This document shows positions 33,388-41,420 of a stretch of 64,000 nucleotides of DNA, one piece after another. Position numbers and translations under genes: made by a program. Source of the DNA: Lysobacterales bacterium. GTDB taxonomy: Bacteria; Pseudomonadota; Gammaproteobacteria; Xanthomonadales; SZUA-38. The DNA is taken from positions 129 to 64,128 of the forward strand of contig JAWVZU010000001.1 in the NCBI GenBank assembly GCA_033722075.1, given 5' to 3'. Each line of letters starts with the position of its first letter. Within the stretch, counting starts at the first letter, position 1. The notes under the pieces were generated by a model. The model had not been told where the DNA came from. It ran no database searches and saw only the letters and a program-made list of their open reading frames with translations.

Positions 33388-34662
33388 ATGAATCGGATCA
33401 AAAGCTGCGCGCTGTTGCTGTGCTGCGTCCTGGGGACGGCCAAGGCTACCGGCCTGGGCGAGTTGGAAGTCACCTCCAGCTACGGCGCACCATTCTCGGC
33501 GACCTTGCGAGTCAATATCGACGGTCTGAACCTCGCCCCGCAGGTTCGTGTAGCGGGCTCGGAGGCGTACGATCGGCTGACGCTCGATCGACCACGCATC
33601 GTCGATTCCATCTCTGTTGGCGAACTTCAGCGGGACGGTGCCGGTTGGTATGCCACGCTGGAAGGCGATGCGCCGGTCAAGGAACTGGTCCTCGATCTGG
33701 TGCTGCTTATCGAAGAACCTGGCTCTCGCCAGGCCAGGCACTACCCGGTGCTGCTTGATTTCGGGCCCTCGCCAGCCACCAGCACCGCCGAATCCACCGG
33801 CCGTCAGGCACCGCGCTCGATCGCCGCCTCTCCACGCAGCTCGCGTCCCCCGTCCCGGGACGGAGACGGTACTTACCGCGTTCGCCGCGGCGATACGCTG
33901 TTCGGTATTGCCCGAAGTCTCGGCGGGCAAGGCAGCATGGCTGAATTGGCCGAAGCGATCTTTCAGGCCAACCCGGAAGCCTTCATCCGCGGCGACCGCA
34001 ATCGCCTGAGAGCAGATGTCGACCTGCGCATTCCGGGCTCGGCGGACGTCGCCAGGCCCGGGGAGACGGCACCGGCGCGAGTGGATCCTACCCCCTCGGA
34101 AATTACCGTGGAACGAGTCGAACTGACCGTACCTCCGGAGGTTGCCCAGCTGGAACGATCGCTCGACCAGCTCGCTGCCAGCGAAGACTCGGAACTGGAA
34201 GCCCGGGCCGAGGAAGCTCGCCTTCAGCTCGCTTTCAGCCGTGCGGAACTCGAGACCTATCGCCAGGAAAACGTGGCTCTGAACGAGCAGATCGACATCC
34301 TCGAGCAGCGCCTCGACGACATGCAGGAGCTGCTCGATCTCCGCGATGAGGATGTAGCGGCCGCACTTGAACGCGAGAGCCGGAGTTCGGCGCCGGCAGA
34401 AATGGAACCGCAGCCCGGCCTGGTGACCCCGGAGGCGGCCACCGTACCACCCAGGGATCCGCTCCCGGAGCCCCCGGCCCCCTCGAACGAGTTCGATTCG
34501 AAAAGCGTCATCCTCTATTTCGGTGGCGGCGTCGTGGCGATCATCGGCATGGTGATCCTGTTCTTCTACCTGCGCGAGGACAAGGCGCGAGCCGAGCAAA
34601 GGCGGCGGCTTGCTCGACAGATCGAAGAGGAATCCCGGCTGACGCTTCCCGAGGATCTTTAG
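33388..34662 (+). CDS. Short FimV/HubP-like LysM protein, C-terminally membrane anchored (paralog B)
   Basis: Same architecture as paralog A: LGELEVTSSYGAPFSATLRV, HYPVLLDF, LysM YRVRRGDTLFGIARSLG, IFQANPEAFIRGDRNRLRADVDLRIP, a coiled coil, a TM segment and a tail ending LTLPEDL. Confidence 0.8.
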   Translation: MNRIKSCALLLCCVLGTAKATGLGELEVTSSYGAPFSATLRVNIDGLNLAPQVRVAGSEAYDRLTLDRPRIVDSISVGELQRDGAGWYATLEGDAPVKELVLDLVLLIEEPGSRQARHYPVLLDFGPSPATSTAESTGRQAPRSIAASPRSSRPPSRDGDGTYRVRRGDTLFGIARSLGGQGSMAELAEAIFQANPEAFIRGDRNRLRADVDLRIPGSADVARPGETAPARVDPTPSEITVERVELTVPPEVAQLERSLDQLAASEDSELEARAEEARLQLAFSRAELETYRQENVALNEQIDILEQRLDDMQELLDLRDEDVAAALERESRSSAPAEMEPQPGLVTPEAATVPPRDPLPEPPAPSNEFDSKSVILYFGGGVVAIIGMVILFFYLREDKARAEQRRRLARQIEEESRLTLPEDL

Positions 34663-34780
34663 CCCGACCCTCCCTGTCGACCGCTTGACCGGGCAAACTA
34701 CAAGCCTGCCGCCGGGCATTGGATCGGCGACGGATTTCGGCATAATGCAAGGCCGTCAGCCTGTCCGGAGCCACCGTTTC

Positions 34781-36367
34781 ATGCGCCTACTCGTCTCGTT
34801 TTGCCTGGTCGTAGCTGTTTTCTCCGCCATGGCCGAAATCCCGGAAGCACCTGATCGCGAGCGCGGGGTCGGCCCCTTCGAGCGCATGATCCTGCGCGGT
34901 GGCACCCTGGTCGACGGCACTGGCGCCCCACCCCTGGGCCCGGTCGACATCGTCATCGAAGGTGACACCATCCGGTCGATCCAGTCCGTCGGTTATCCCG
35001 GCGTTCCGATTGCCGAGGACAAGCGGCCCAAGGCGGACGGGAACACGCGGGAGATCGACATCGAGGGCATGTACGTGTTGCCGGGCTTCGTGGACATGCA
35101 CGGACACATGGGCGGAAAGGCCCAGGGCGTCAGCGCCGAATACGTGTTCAAGCTATGGATGGGACACGGCATTACCGCCGTCCGGGACCCGTCCTGCGGG
35201 AACGGGCTGGACTGGTGCCTGAAACATCGCGAGCGGTCCGAGCGCAACGAGATCACGGCGCCGCGGATCTTTGCCTATCCCGCGTTCGGCAGTGGGCGAG
35301 ACGAACCGATCACCAGCGTCGACCAGGCCCGGGACTGGGTTCGCTCGGTGGCCCGCCGCGGCGCGCAGGGCGTGAAGTTTTTCGGTGCGCCGCCGGAGAT
35401 CATGGCTGCCGCGCTGGAAGAGATCCAGCGGCAGGGGCTGCGCTCGGCGATGCACCATGCCCAGCTGGCCGTCACCCGGGTCAACGTGCGGGACACCGCG
35501 CGGATGGGTTTGACCACGATGGAACACTGGTACGGCCTGCCCGAGGCACTGTTCGAGGATCGCACCATCCAGGACTACCCGCCGGACTACAACTACAGCA
35601 ACGAGCAGCATCGGTTTGGCGAGGCGGGCCGGCTGTGGGCCCAGGCCGCCGCGCCCGGTAGCGAGACCTGGAACACGCTGCGCGACGAACTGGTCGAGCT
35701 GGATTTCACGCTCGACCCCACGTTCACCATCTATGAAGCCAGCCGGGACCTGATGCGCGAGCGCACGGCCGACTGGCATCGGGAGTACACGCTGCCGGCC
35801 CTCTGGCAGTTCTTCCAGCCATCGCGCAAGGCGCACGGCTCCTACTGGTTCGACTGGACGACGGCAAACGAGATCGCCTGGCGCGGCAACTTCGAGCGCT
35901 GGATGCGCTTCGTCAATGACTTCAAGAACCATGGCGGGCGAGTCACAACCGGATCGGACTCGGGCTATATCTTCAAGGTCTACGGGTTCGGCTACGTCCG
36001 CGAACTGGAACTGCTCCAGGAGGCCGGCTTCCATCCCCTGGAGGTGATTCGCTCCGCGACGCTCAATGGCGCAGAAGCGCTAGGCGCCTCGGATCACCTC
36101 GGCTCCGTCGAGCCGGGCAAGCATGCGGACCTGGTGGTGGTCGAGGAGAATCCCCTGGCCAATTTCAAGGTCCTCTACGGCAACGGGCATTTTCGACTGA
36201 ACGAGAACAACGAGCCCGTCCGAGCCGGTGGCGTCCGCTATACGATCAAGGACGGCATCGTATTCGATGCCCGTCGCCTGCTCGGTGATGTGCGCGAAAT
36301 GGTGAAGAAGGCCCGCGAGGATTCGGAGTATTGCCTGCCCGTCTCCGACTGCATCGAGGGGCCGTGA
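34781..36367 (+). CDS. Secreted amidohydrolase-family metallohydrolase
   Basis: Start re-picked at MRLLVSFCLVVAVFSAMA (signal peptide). VLPGFVDMHGHMGG is the HxH metal motif, and the C-terminal region GSVEPGKHADLVVV is typical of the amidohydrolase superfamily. Confidence 0.8.
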   Translation: MRLLVSFCLVVAVFSAMAEIPEAPDRERGVGPFERMILRGGTLVDGTGAPPLGPVDIVIEGDTIRSIQSVGYPGVPIAEDKRPKADGNTREIDIEGMYVLPGFVDMHGHMGGKAQGVSAEYVFKLWMGHGITAVRDPSCGNGLDWCLKHRERSERNEITAPRIFAYPAFGSGRDEPITSVDQARDWVRSVARRGAQGVKFFGAPPEIMAAALEEIQRQGLRSAMHHAQLAVTRVNVRDTARMGLTTMEHWYGLPEALFEDRTIQDYPPDYNYSNEQHRFGEAGRLWAQAAAPGSETWNTLRDELVELDFTLDPTFTIYEASRDLMRERTADWHREYTLPALWQFFQPSRKAHGSYWFDWTTANEIAWRGNFERWMRFVNDFKNHGGRVTTGSDSGYIFKVYGFGYVRELELLQEAGFHPLEVIRSATLNGAEALGASDHLGSVEPGKHADLVVVEENPLANFKVLYGNGHFRLNENNEPVRAGGVRYTIKDGIVFDARRLLGDVREMVKKAREDSEYCLPVSDCIEGP

Positions 36368-36488
36368 TTCCGACGGCTATTGCCATTCTTGCTCGATCGG
36401 GCGGCGATGGGGGTTCTGAATCGACGAAGTATTTCGTTTTTGCCGCCGATAGGGGTAGAGTCGGGCGGGAGCCACACGGTCATGCACC

Positions 36489-36842
36489 ATGAGATCAATC
36501 GCATTCGCTTTCGTTGCAACCTTTCTCGTCGGCGCCTGCGCATCCTCGCCTCGCCAGGATGCCGCCACACCCAGCACCGCCCAGCTCACCCCCGCTTCCT
36601 ATTCGACATCGACTGCGACGCCGCAACCGGAAAGCTCTGTCGCCGTTCCGGTCTCCGATGATGATGTCTGCAAGCCCAGAATCATCGATCGGCGCGCTGC
36701 CCTGAAGGACGACTGCCTAAATCGCATCGAACGTTCGCCAACGGCGGGGAAGGGTTATAACGCCATCGGCCGTGAACCGAAGCACCAGCTCAAGAGCATG
36801 TGTGACTACTCGGTCCTGCCCAAGTGTCGACGCAAGTACTGA
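36489..36842 (+). CDS. Small Cys-containing lipoprotein, unknown function
   Basis: MRSIAFAFVATFLVGAC lipobox, a Ser/Thr/Pro-rich linker, then four Cys (CKPR...DDCLNR...SMCDYSVLPKC). Confidence 0.55.
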   Translation: MRSIAFAFVATFLVGACASSPRQDAATPSTAQLTPASYSTSTATPQPESSVAVPVSDDDVCKPRIIDRRAALKDDCLNRIERSPTAGKGYNAIGREPKHQLKSMCDYSVLPKCRRKY

Positions 36843-36910
36843 ACCGGGTGGACGGCAGGGCTTCGCTTCGGCACACTCTCGGCAACAGGCGAGAACACAC
36901 AAGTCTCAAT

Positions 36911-37156
36911 ATGTCGAAAAAGCTGCTCAGTCTTGCGCTGCTTGGCGCATTGCTTGCCGGCTCGGGATGCGCCAGCAAGCAGAACCGGATCTACATTGGC
37001 CAGTGCGCCGTGCCGGGCCACTGGTTCTGCGGCAAGATCTACGACAGCCGCGCCCAATGCAACAACGACCGCAAGAAGCACGATTTCGAGACATCCCTCC
37101 CGGGAACCTGTTACAGCGGCGATCCCCGCGGCCGACCCGACACGCGTACGATGTGA
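36911..37156 (+). CDS. Small Cys-rich lipoprotein, unknown function
   Basis: Start re-picked at MSKKLLSLALLGALLAGSGC (lipobox). The 60-aa mature part contains four further Cys. Confidence 0.55.
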   Translation: MSKKLLSLALLGALLAGSGCASKQNRIYIGQCAVPGHWFCGKIYDSRAQCNNDRKKHDFETSLPGTCYSGDPRGRPDTRTM

Positions 37157-37209
37157 CCTCCCCTGTCCGTCCGGAAAGGCGGACGGTGTAACTACGAAGA
37201 AAAACGTAT

Positions 37210-39669
37210 ATGATTCGGCCGGTTGCCTTGCTGGATTGTGTCATGACTCACCGTTTCGCCTGCCTGTTTGCCGCACTGGTGTCCATGTCTGCGGTCGCCA
37301 CCGATATTCCCCTGGGAAATCTGCCTGCCGACCAGGGCCTGCGAATCGAAGGCCTCGCGCGCAACGACCAGGCGGGTTCGGCTGCTCTCGCCACGGGCGA
37401 CTTCAACGGCGACGGCATCAAGGACCTGGCTTTCAGTGCGACCGGCGTGGACGCGGCAGTCAACGGCAGCACGGCCGCCAACGTCGGCGAGGTGTATGTC
37501 CTGTTCGGCCATCCGACCGCCTTTGAAGATCCGATCGATCTGAACGAGATCATCAACGGAGACGGCAGCCGCGGCTTCGCCGTCCGCGGCGAGTTTCCCG
37601 GCAACGCGATCGGCGCGAACCTCATGGGGGTGGACCTGACCGCCGACGGGATCGACGAGCTCGTGATCAGTTCTCCCCGATCGGGTACGACCGCCGGAAA
37701 CCAGGGCATCGTCTACATCCTCTTCGGCAAGCGCGGGAGTTTCGATCCGGTGTTCCCGCTAGGTCGCCTCCGGACCCAGGACAACAGCGGCACCGGCGAG
37801 GGATTCATCGTGTCCGGCACCCAGCTCAACGGGCAGATCGGCGCATCGCTGGCCGCCCTGGAAGACTTCAACGGCGATGGCATCAGCGACCTGTTGATCG
37901 GCGGATCCCTCATCTCGAATACGAGTTCTACCAACGGCCGCCTGGGCCAGAGCGTGATACTTTTCGGGCGTGACGGCACCGAGAGCTGGCCGGCGACGCT
38001 GCGTACGGTGGACTTCCGCGAGGACCTGCTGGGTGAACTGCTCGGAACCCTGATTACCTCGGCCGGTTCCGAGGAGCAGGGGGGCGACGCCTCGCTGAGT
38101 GCCGGCGATGTCAACGGCGATGGCCTCAGTGACTTCTTTTTCGCGGGTCCGAACGGCGATGGACCCAACGGCGAAGCGGGCGCCGGTTTCGTCGACCTGC
38201 TGGCAGGCCGCTCGGCCTACGGCGGTGACATCGAACTGCGCGTCCGCTCCCAGGCCGGCATTCTGACCCGCTTCTTCGGTGAAGCCGGTGATGGTGCCGG
38301 CACCGATCTCGCCCGACTGGGCGATTTCAACGGCGACGGGCACGAGGATTTTGCGATCAGCGCGCCCTTCGGCGGCGCCGACGAGCGGGGGCGCGTGTAC
38401 ATCCTGTTTGGACGCCCGGTCGGTCAGCCCTGGGGAAGCGACGTAAGACTCATGCAGCTGGTTGACTCGAATGGCGCCGCAGTGATCAGCGGCGGTCCGG
38501 AAGAGCGCATCGGGCAGTCCGTCTCCGCCACCGGCGACGTGGACGGAGACGGTTTCGACGATGTGCTCATAGGCGCCGCCGAAGGCGGCATCGCGGGTCG
38601 CGCCTACCTCGTTTTCGGACGGGCCAGCGAGCGACGGATCGACCTGACCCAGGACTCGGGAGTCACGCGGTTCGAGGGGGCCATGGCGGAAGACTTCGCG
38701 GGCCGCTCGGTGGCTGGACGAGGTGATTTCAATGCCGACGGAAGCCACGACTTCACGATCGGCTCGACGCTGGCGGATGGCGCTGTCGAGAACGCCGGCA
38801 GCCTGCATGTCCTGTTCGGCGCCGGGGAAGATGCGGCACCCCCCATGCAGGGCGAACTGAGCCACGCCCTTTACGACCCGGCTCTTCCCGGCCAGGGCGT
38901 ACTGCTCGAATACGGCCAGCGCAATGGTCAGGGTGGACTCTTCGCCGCCTGGTACACCTTCGAGGCCGGACAACCGATCTGGCTCGTGACCGACCTGCCC
39001 GCGTTCGCCCGCGGTCAACGTTCGCTGGTCGCACCGCTGTTTGTCACCGAAGGCGCTTTCTTCGGAGAAGACTTCAACTCGAACCAGGTCAGCACCGAAG
39101 CCTGGGGCAGCGTCCGGGTAACCCAGACTCGATGCGGCCGGATCCTCTGGGAGTATGAGCGGGCGTCCGACGGCCAGGCCGGCCGTCTTCTCCTTCGACC
39201 GGTACTGGCGGACCTGCTGGGTCTCGATCTTTGCGCCTTGAACCGCGACGAAGACACGGCGACCAACCCTAGACGCCAGGTGGCCGGGACCTTCTGGAAC
39301 CCCGATCGATCCGGCGAAGGCATTCTCCTCGACCTCGAGGACCGGGCGGGTCCACCACAGCTATTCTTCTCCTGGTTCACCTATAATCAGGGACGGCAGG
39401 TCTGGCTCGTCGGCAGCGGTCCGATGGATGTCGTCTCCGGGCGCGCCTCGGCGATCGAACTCTTCGAAGCCGGCGGGGCAGATTTCGGGAACCGGTTCGA
39501 TCCGGGCGAGGTGGCGCTGCGTCGCTGGGGCAGCGTCGACCTGGAGTTCGCCGGCTGCGGCACGGCGGAGCTGAACTATGCGGGCAGTTTTGCCGGGCAG
39601 AACGAGCAGATCGGACGCATAGCCCTCGAGCGGTTCACCGACGGCCTGGCAGATTTCGACTGCAATTGA
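37210..39669 (+). CDS. Secreted FG-GAP (integrin-alpha-like) seven-blade repeat protein with two copies of an unknown C-terminal module
   Basis: 819 aa. There are seven GD(F/V)(N/D)(G/A)DGxxD Ca-binding FG-GAP repeats (aa 62-520). Two ~125-aa repeats follow (aa ~548-676 and ~690-819) with the motifs NP/DPxxxG(Q/E)G, F(A/S)W(Y/F)T(F/Y), WLV, WGSV and paired Cys. The start may be at 37243 (MTHRF). Confidence 0.85.
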   Translation: MIRPVALLDCVMTHRFACLFAALVSMSAVATDIPLGNLPADQGLRIEGLARNDQAGSAALATGDFNGDGIKDLAFSATGVDAAVNGSTAANVGEVYVLFGHPTAFEDPIDLNEIINGDGSRGFAVRGEFPGNAIGANLMGVDLTADGIDELVISSPRSGTTAGNQGIVYILFGKRGSFDPVFPLGRLRTQDNSGTGEGFIVSGTQLNGQIGASLAALEDFNGDGISDLLIGGSLISNTSSTNGRLGQSVILFGRDGTESWPATLRTVDFREDLLGELLGTLITSAGSEEQGGDASLSAGDVNGDGLSDFFFAGPNGDGPNGEAGAGFVDLLAGRSAYGGDIELRVRSQAGILTRFFGEAGDGAGTDLARLGDFNGDGHEDFAISAPFGGADERGRVYILFGRPVGQPWGSDVRLMQLVDSNGAAVISGGPEERIGQSVSATGDVDGDGFDDVLIGAAEGGIAGRAYLVFGRASERRIDLTQDSGVTRFEGAMAEDFAGRSVAGRGDFNADGSHDFTIGSTLADGAVENAGSLHVLFGAGEDAAPPMQGELSHALYDPALPGQGVLLEYGQRNGQGGLFAAWYTFEAGQPIWLVTDLPAFARGQRSLVAPLFVTEGAFFGEDFNSNQVSTEAWGSVRVTQTRCGRILWEYERASDGQAGRLLLRPVLADLLGLDLCALNRDEDTATNPRRQVAGTFWNPDRSGEGILLDLEDRAGPPQLFFSWFTYNQGRQVWLVGSGPMDVVSGRASAIELFEAGGADFGNRFDPGEVALRRWGSVDLEFAGCGTAELNYAGSFAGQNEQIGRIALERFTDGLADFDCN

Positions 39670-39687
39670 TCGACGAGCGAGACGACC

Positions 39688-40050
39688 TTGAGCAAGAAAA
39701 GCGGACTGGTTCTCTATGGGCTGGAGAAATGCTCGACCTGCAGGAAGGCGCGTGCCTGGCTGGATGAGCATGGCATCGAGCATGAGTTCGTCGACTATCG
39801 CGACCACCCCCTGAATGGACGGCAGTTGCAGAGCTGGGCCGATTTGCTTGGCGGCTGGGCGAAACTGGTCAACCGGGCCTCCATGACCTGGCGCCGACTG
39901 CCCGACGATCTCAAGTCTCCGCAACGCGATCACGACTGGCTCGAGCTGGTTGCCAATCATCCGGCGCTGGTCCGCAGACCCGTCGCCTGGGACGGAGAAT
40001 CGGTGCAGGTCGGCTTCAATCCGAAACGCTATCGGGAAAGTTTCCTTTAA
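39688..40050 (+). CDS. ArsC/Spx/YffB-family thioredoxin-fold protein
   Basis: 120 aa. LYGLEKCSTCRKARAWLDEHGIEHEFVDY is the ArsC-family N-terminal CxxC/K motif region. TTG start. Confidence 0.8.
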   Translation: MSKKSGLVLYGLEKCSTCRKARAWLDEHGIEHEFVDYRDHPLNGRQLQSWADLLGGWAKLVNRASMTWRRLPDDLKSPQRDHDWLELVANHPALVRRPVAWDGESVQVGFNPKRYRESFL

Positions 40051-40109
40051 ACCATCCGCCGGCGCCTCTCGTCCAATCTTCCGGACATTCATTTTTTGGG
40101 GGCATTCCC

Positions 40110-40775
40110 ATGCGCAAGACTGCAGTTGTCATTTCGGCTCTGGTCGGAGCCATCTTCACCGCATCCGCTTCGGCCGACGTGCGAGTCGAATACAGCACCG
40201 TCAACAAATCGATCACGGTCCAGGAAAACGAAACCGCTGGAGACCTGGATTCGGTCAACGGATCCATCCGCATCGGTGACTTCGCGACCGTCGGCAGCGT
40301 CGAGTCCGTAAACGGCAGCATTCGGGTCGGACAAGGGGTCCGCGCCGAGTCCATCGATTCCGTCAACGGCGGGATCAGCCTCGAAGGCGATGTCACGGTC
40401 GAGGGCACCATCGAGACGGTCAATGGGGGCATCGAAGCCGACCCGGGCGTTCGCATTGTCGGCGGGGTCAGCACGGTCAACGGTACGCTGGACCTGGACA
40501 ACGCGCTGGTGGAAGGGGATATCACCACCTACAACGGCGCCATAATGCTGCGCAACGGAACCTCCGTGGCTGGTGACATTCACGTCAAGAAGTCCCGCAG
40601 TTCCGGCTGGTCCCTGTTCGGCGGCAAGAAGAAGCCCGTGATCATCGAGATCGGGGACGACAGCATCATCCAGGGCGACCTCTATTTCGAACGGCCCGTG
40701 GAACTGCGGGTTGGCCGCAATGCCCAATACGGTCGCATTCACGGCGACGAAGTGCAGATGCACGAACGCAAGTAG
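40110..40775 (+). CDS. Secreted repeat protein, predicted beta-helix (DUF4097/bactofilin-like VNG repeats)
   Basis: Signal peptide MRKTAVVISALVGAIFTASASA, then about six repeats of ~17 aa centred on (S/T)VNG(S/G/T)I. The fold assignment is inference. Confidence 0.6.
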   Translation: MRKTAVVISALVGAIFTASASADVRVEYSTVNKSITVQENETAGDLDSVNGSIRIGDFATVGSVESVNGSIRVGQGVRAESIDSVNGGISLEGDVTVEGTIETVNGGIEADPGVRIVGGVSTVNGTLDLDNALVEGDITTYNGAIMLRNGTSVAGDIHVKKSRSSGWSLFGGKKKPVIIEIGDDSIIQGDLYFERPVELRVGRNAQYGRIHGDEVQMHERK

Positions 40776-40835
40776 CGTATCGCCCTCTTGGTCCGGCCAA
40801 TGCTTGCATGGCCGGACCGGCCTCTGACAAGATAG

Positions 40836-40866
40836 CGCGCTGCTAAGGCAGCGCGTTTTCTGTTTC
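40836..40866 (+). terminator. Intrinsic terminator after the VNG-repeat gene
   Basis: cgcgctgc-taag-gcagcgcg is a perfect 8-bp stem followed by ttttctgtttc. A second perfect 10-bp hairpin, ggtccggcca...tggccggacc, lies at 40790-40818. Confidence 0.7.
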
Positions 40867-40916
40867 TATGCCGACTCCATCCCATTGATTTTCGAATCCC
40901 TCACTATTGGGGGCCT

Positions 40917-41420
40917 TTGCCGATGGCGAGCCTGAGAGCAGCAGCCGGACTTTGGGCGGTGGCCGGATTCAGCCTGTTGCTGATCGCCGCCATCGAGCGA
41001 CTGCTGCCCCATGCGCTCGACGCGCTGTCCATGCCGTTGGGCCTGCATCATCTGGCCCTGCTGGCAGCCAATCTCCTGTTCATGCTCTACAGCGAGGGCT
41101 ACCGCGGCTTCCAGCGCAGTTTCTCTCCGCGCTTCGCCGCGCGCGTCGCGGACCTGCGCCGCAACGGCGATCTCCTGCGCGGCGTGCTCGCCCCGTTCTA
41201 TTGCATGGGATACTTCGGCGCCGGCCGTCGCCAGACCATCGTGACCTGGAGCCTGACGACCCTGATCGTTCTGCTGGTCATCACTTTCCGTCTCATTCCG
41301 CAACCATGGCGCGGCGTCCTGGACGCCGGAGTGGTCGCCGGCCTGATCTACGGGCTGCTTGCGACCTGGTACTGGACCGCCCTGCTGTGGAATACCCGCG
41401 AGGAGCCCGTGGCATCATGA
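40917..41420 (+). CDS. Four-TM membrane protein, unknown function
   Basis: 167-aa hydrophobic ORF. Its stop overlaps the start of the M1 aminopeptidase (ATGA at 41417-41420). Confidence 0.6.
   Translation: MPMASLRAAAGLWAVAGFSLLLIAAIERLLPHALDALSMPLGLHHLALLAANLLFMLYSEGYRGFQRSFSPRFAARVADLRRNGDLLRGVLAPFYCMGYFGAGRRQTIVTWSLTTLIVLLVITFRLIPQPWRGVLDAGVVAGLIYGLLATWYWTALLWNTREEPVAS

Noticed and set aside
33355-34743. 462-aa minus-strand ORF
   Set aside because: Antisense to FimV-like paralog B, which has signal peptide, LysM and TM features.
40790-40818. Perfect 10-bp hairpin ggtccggcca...tggccggacc after the VNG-repeat gene, as a possible REP/mobile repeat
   Set aside because: It occurs once in the window and lies directly upstream of a canonical terminator. 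It is most simply part of a tandem terminator structure. Copy number in the rest of the genome is unknown.
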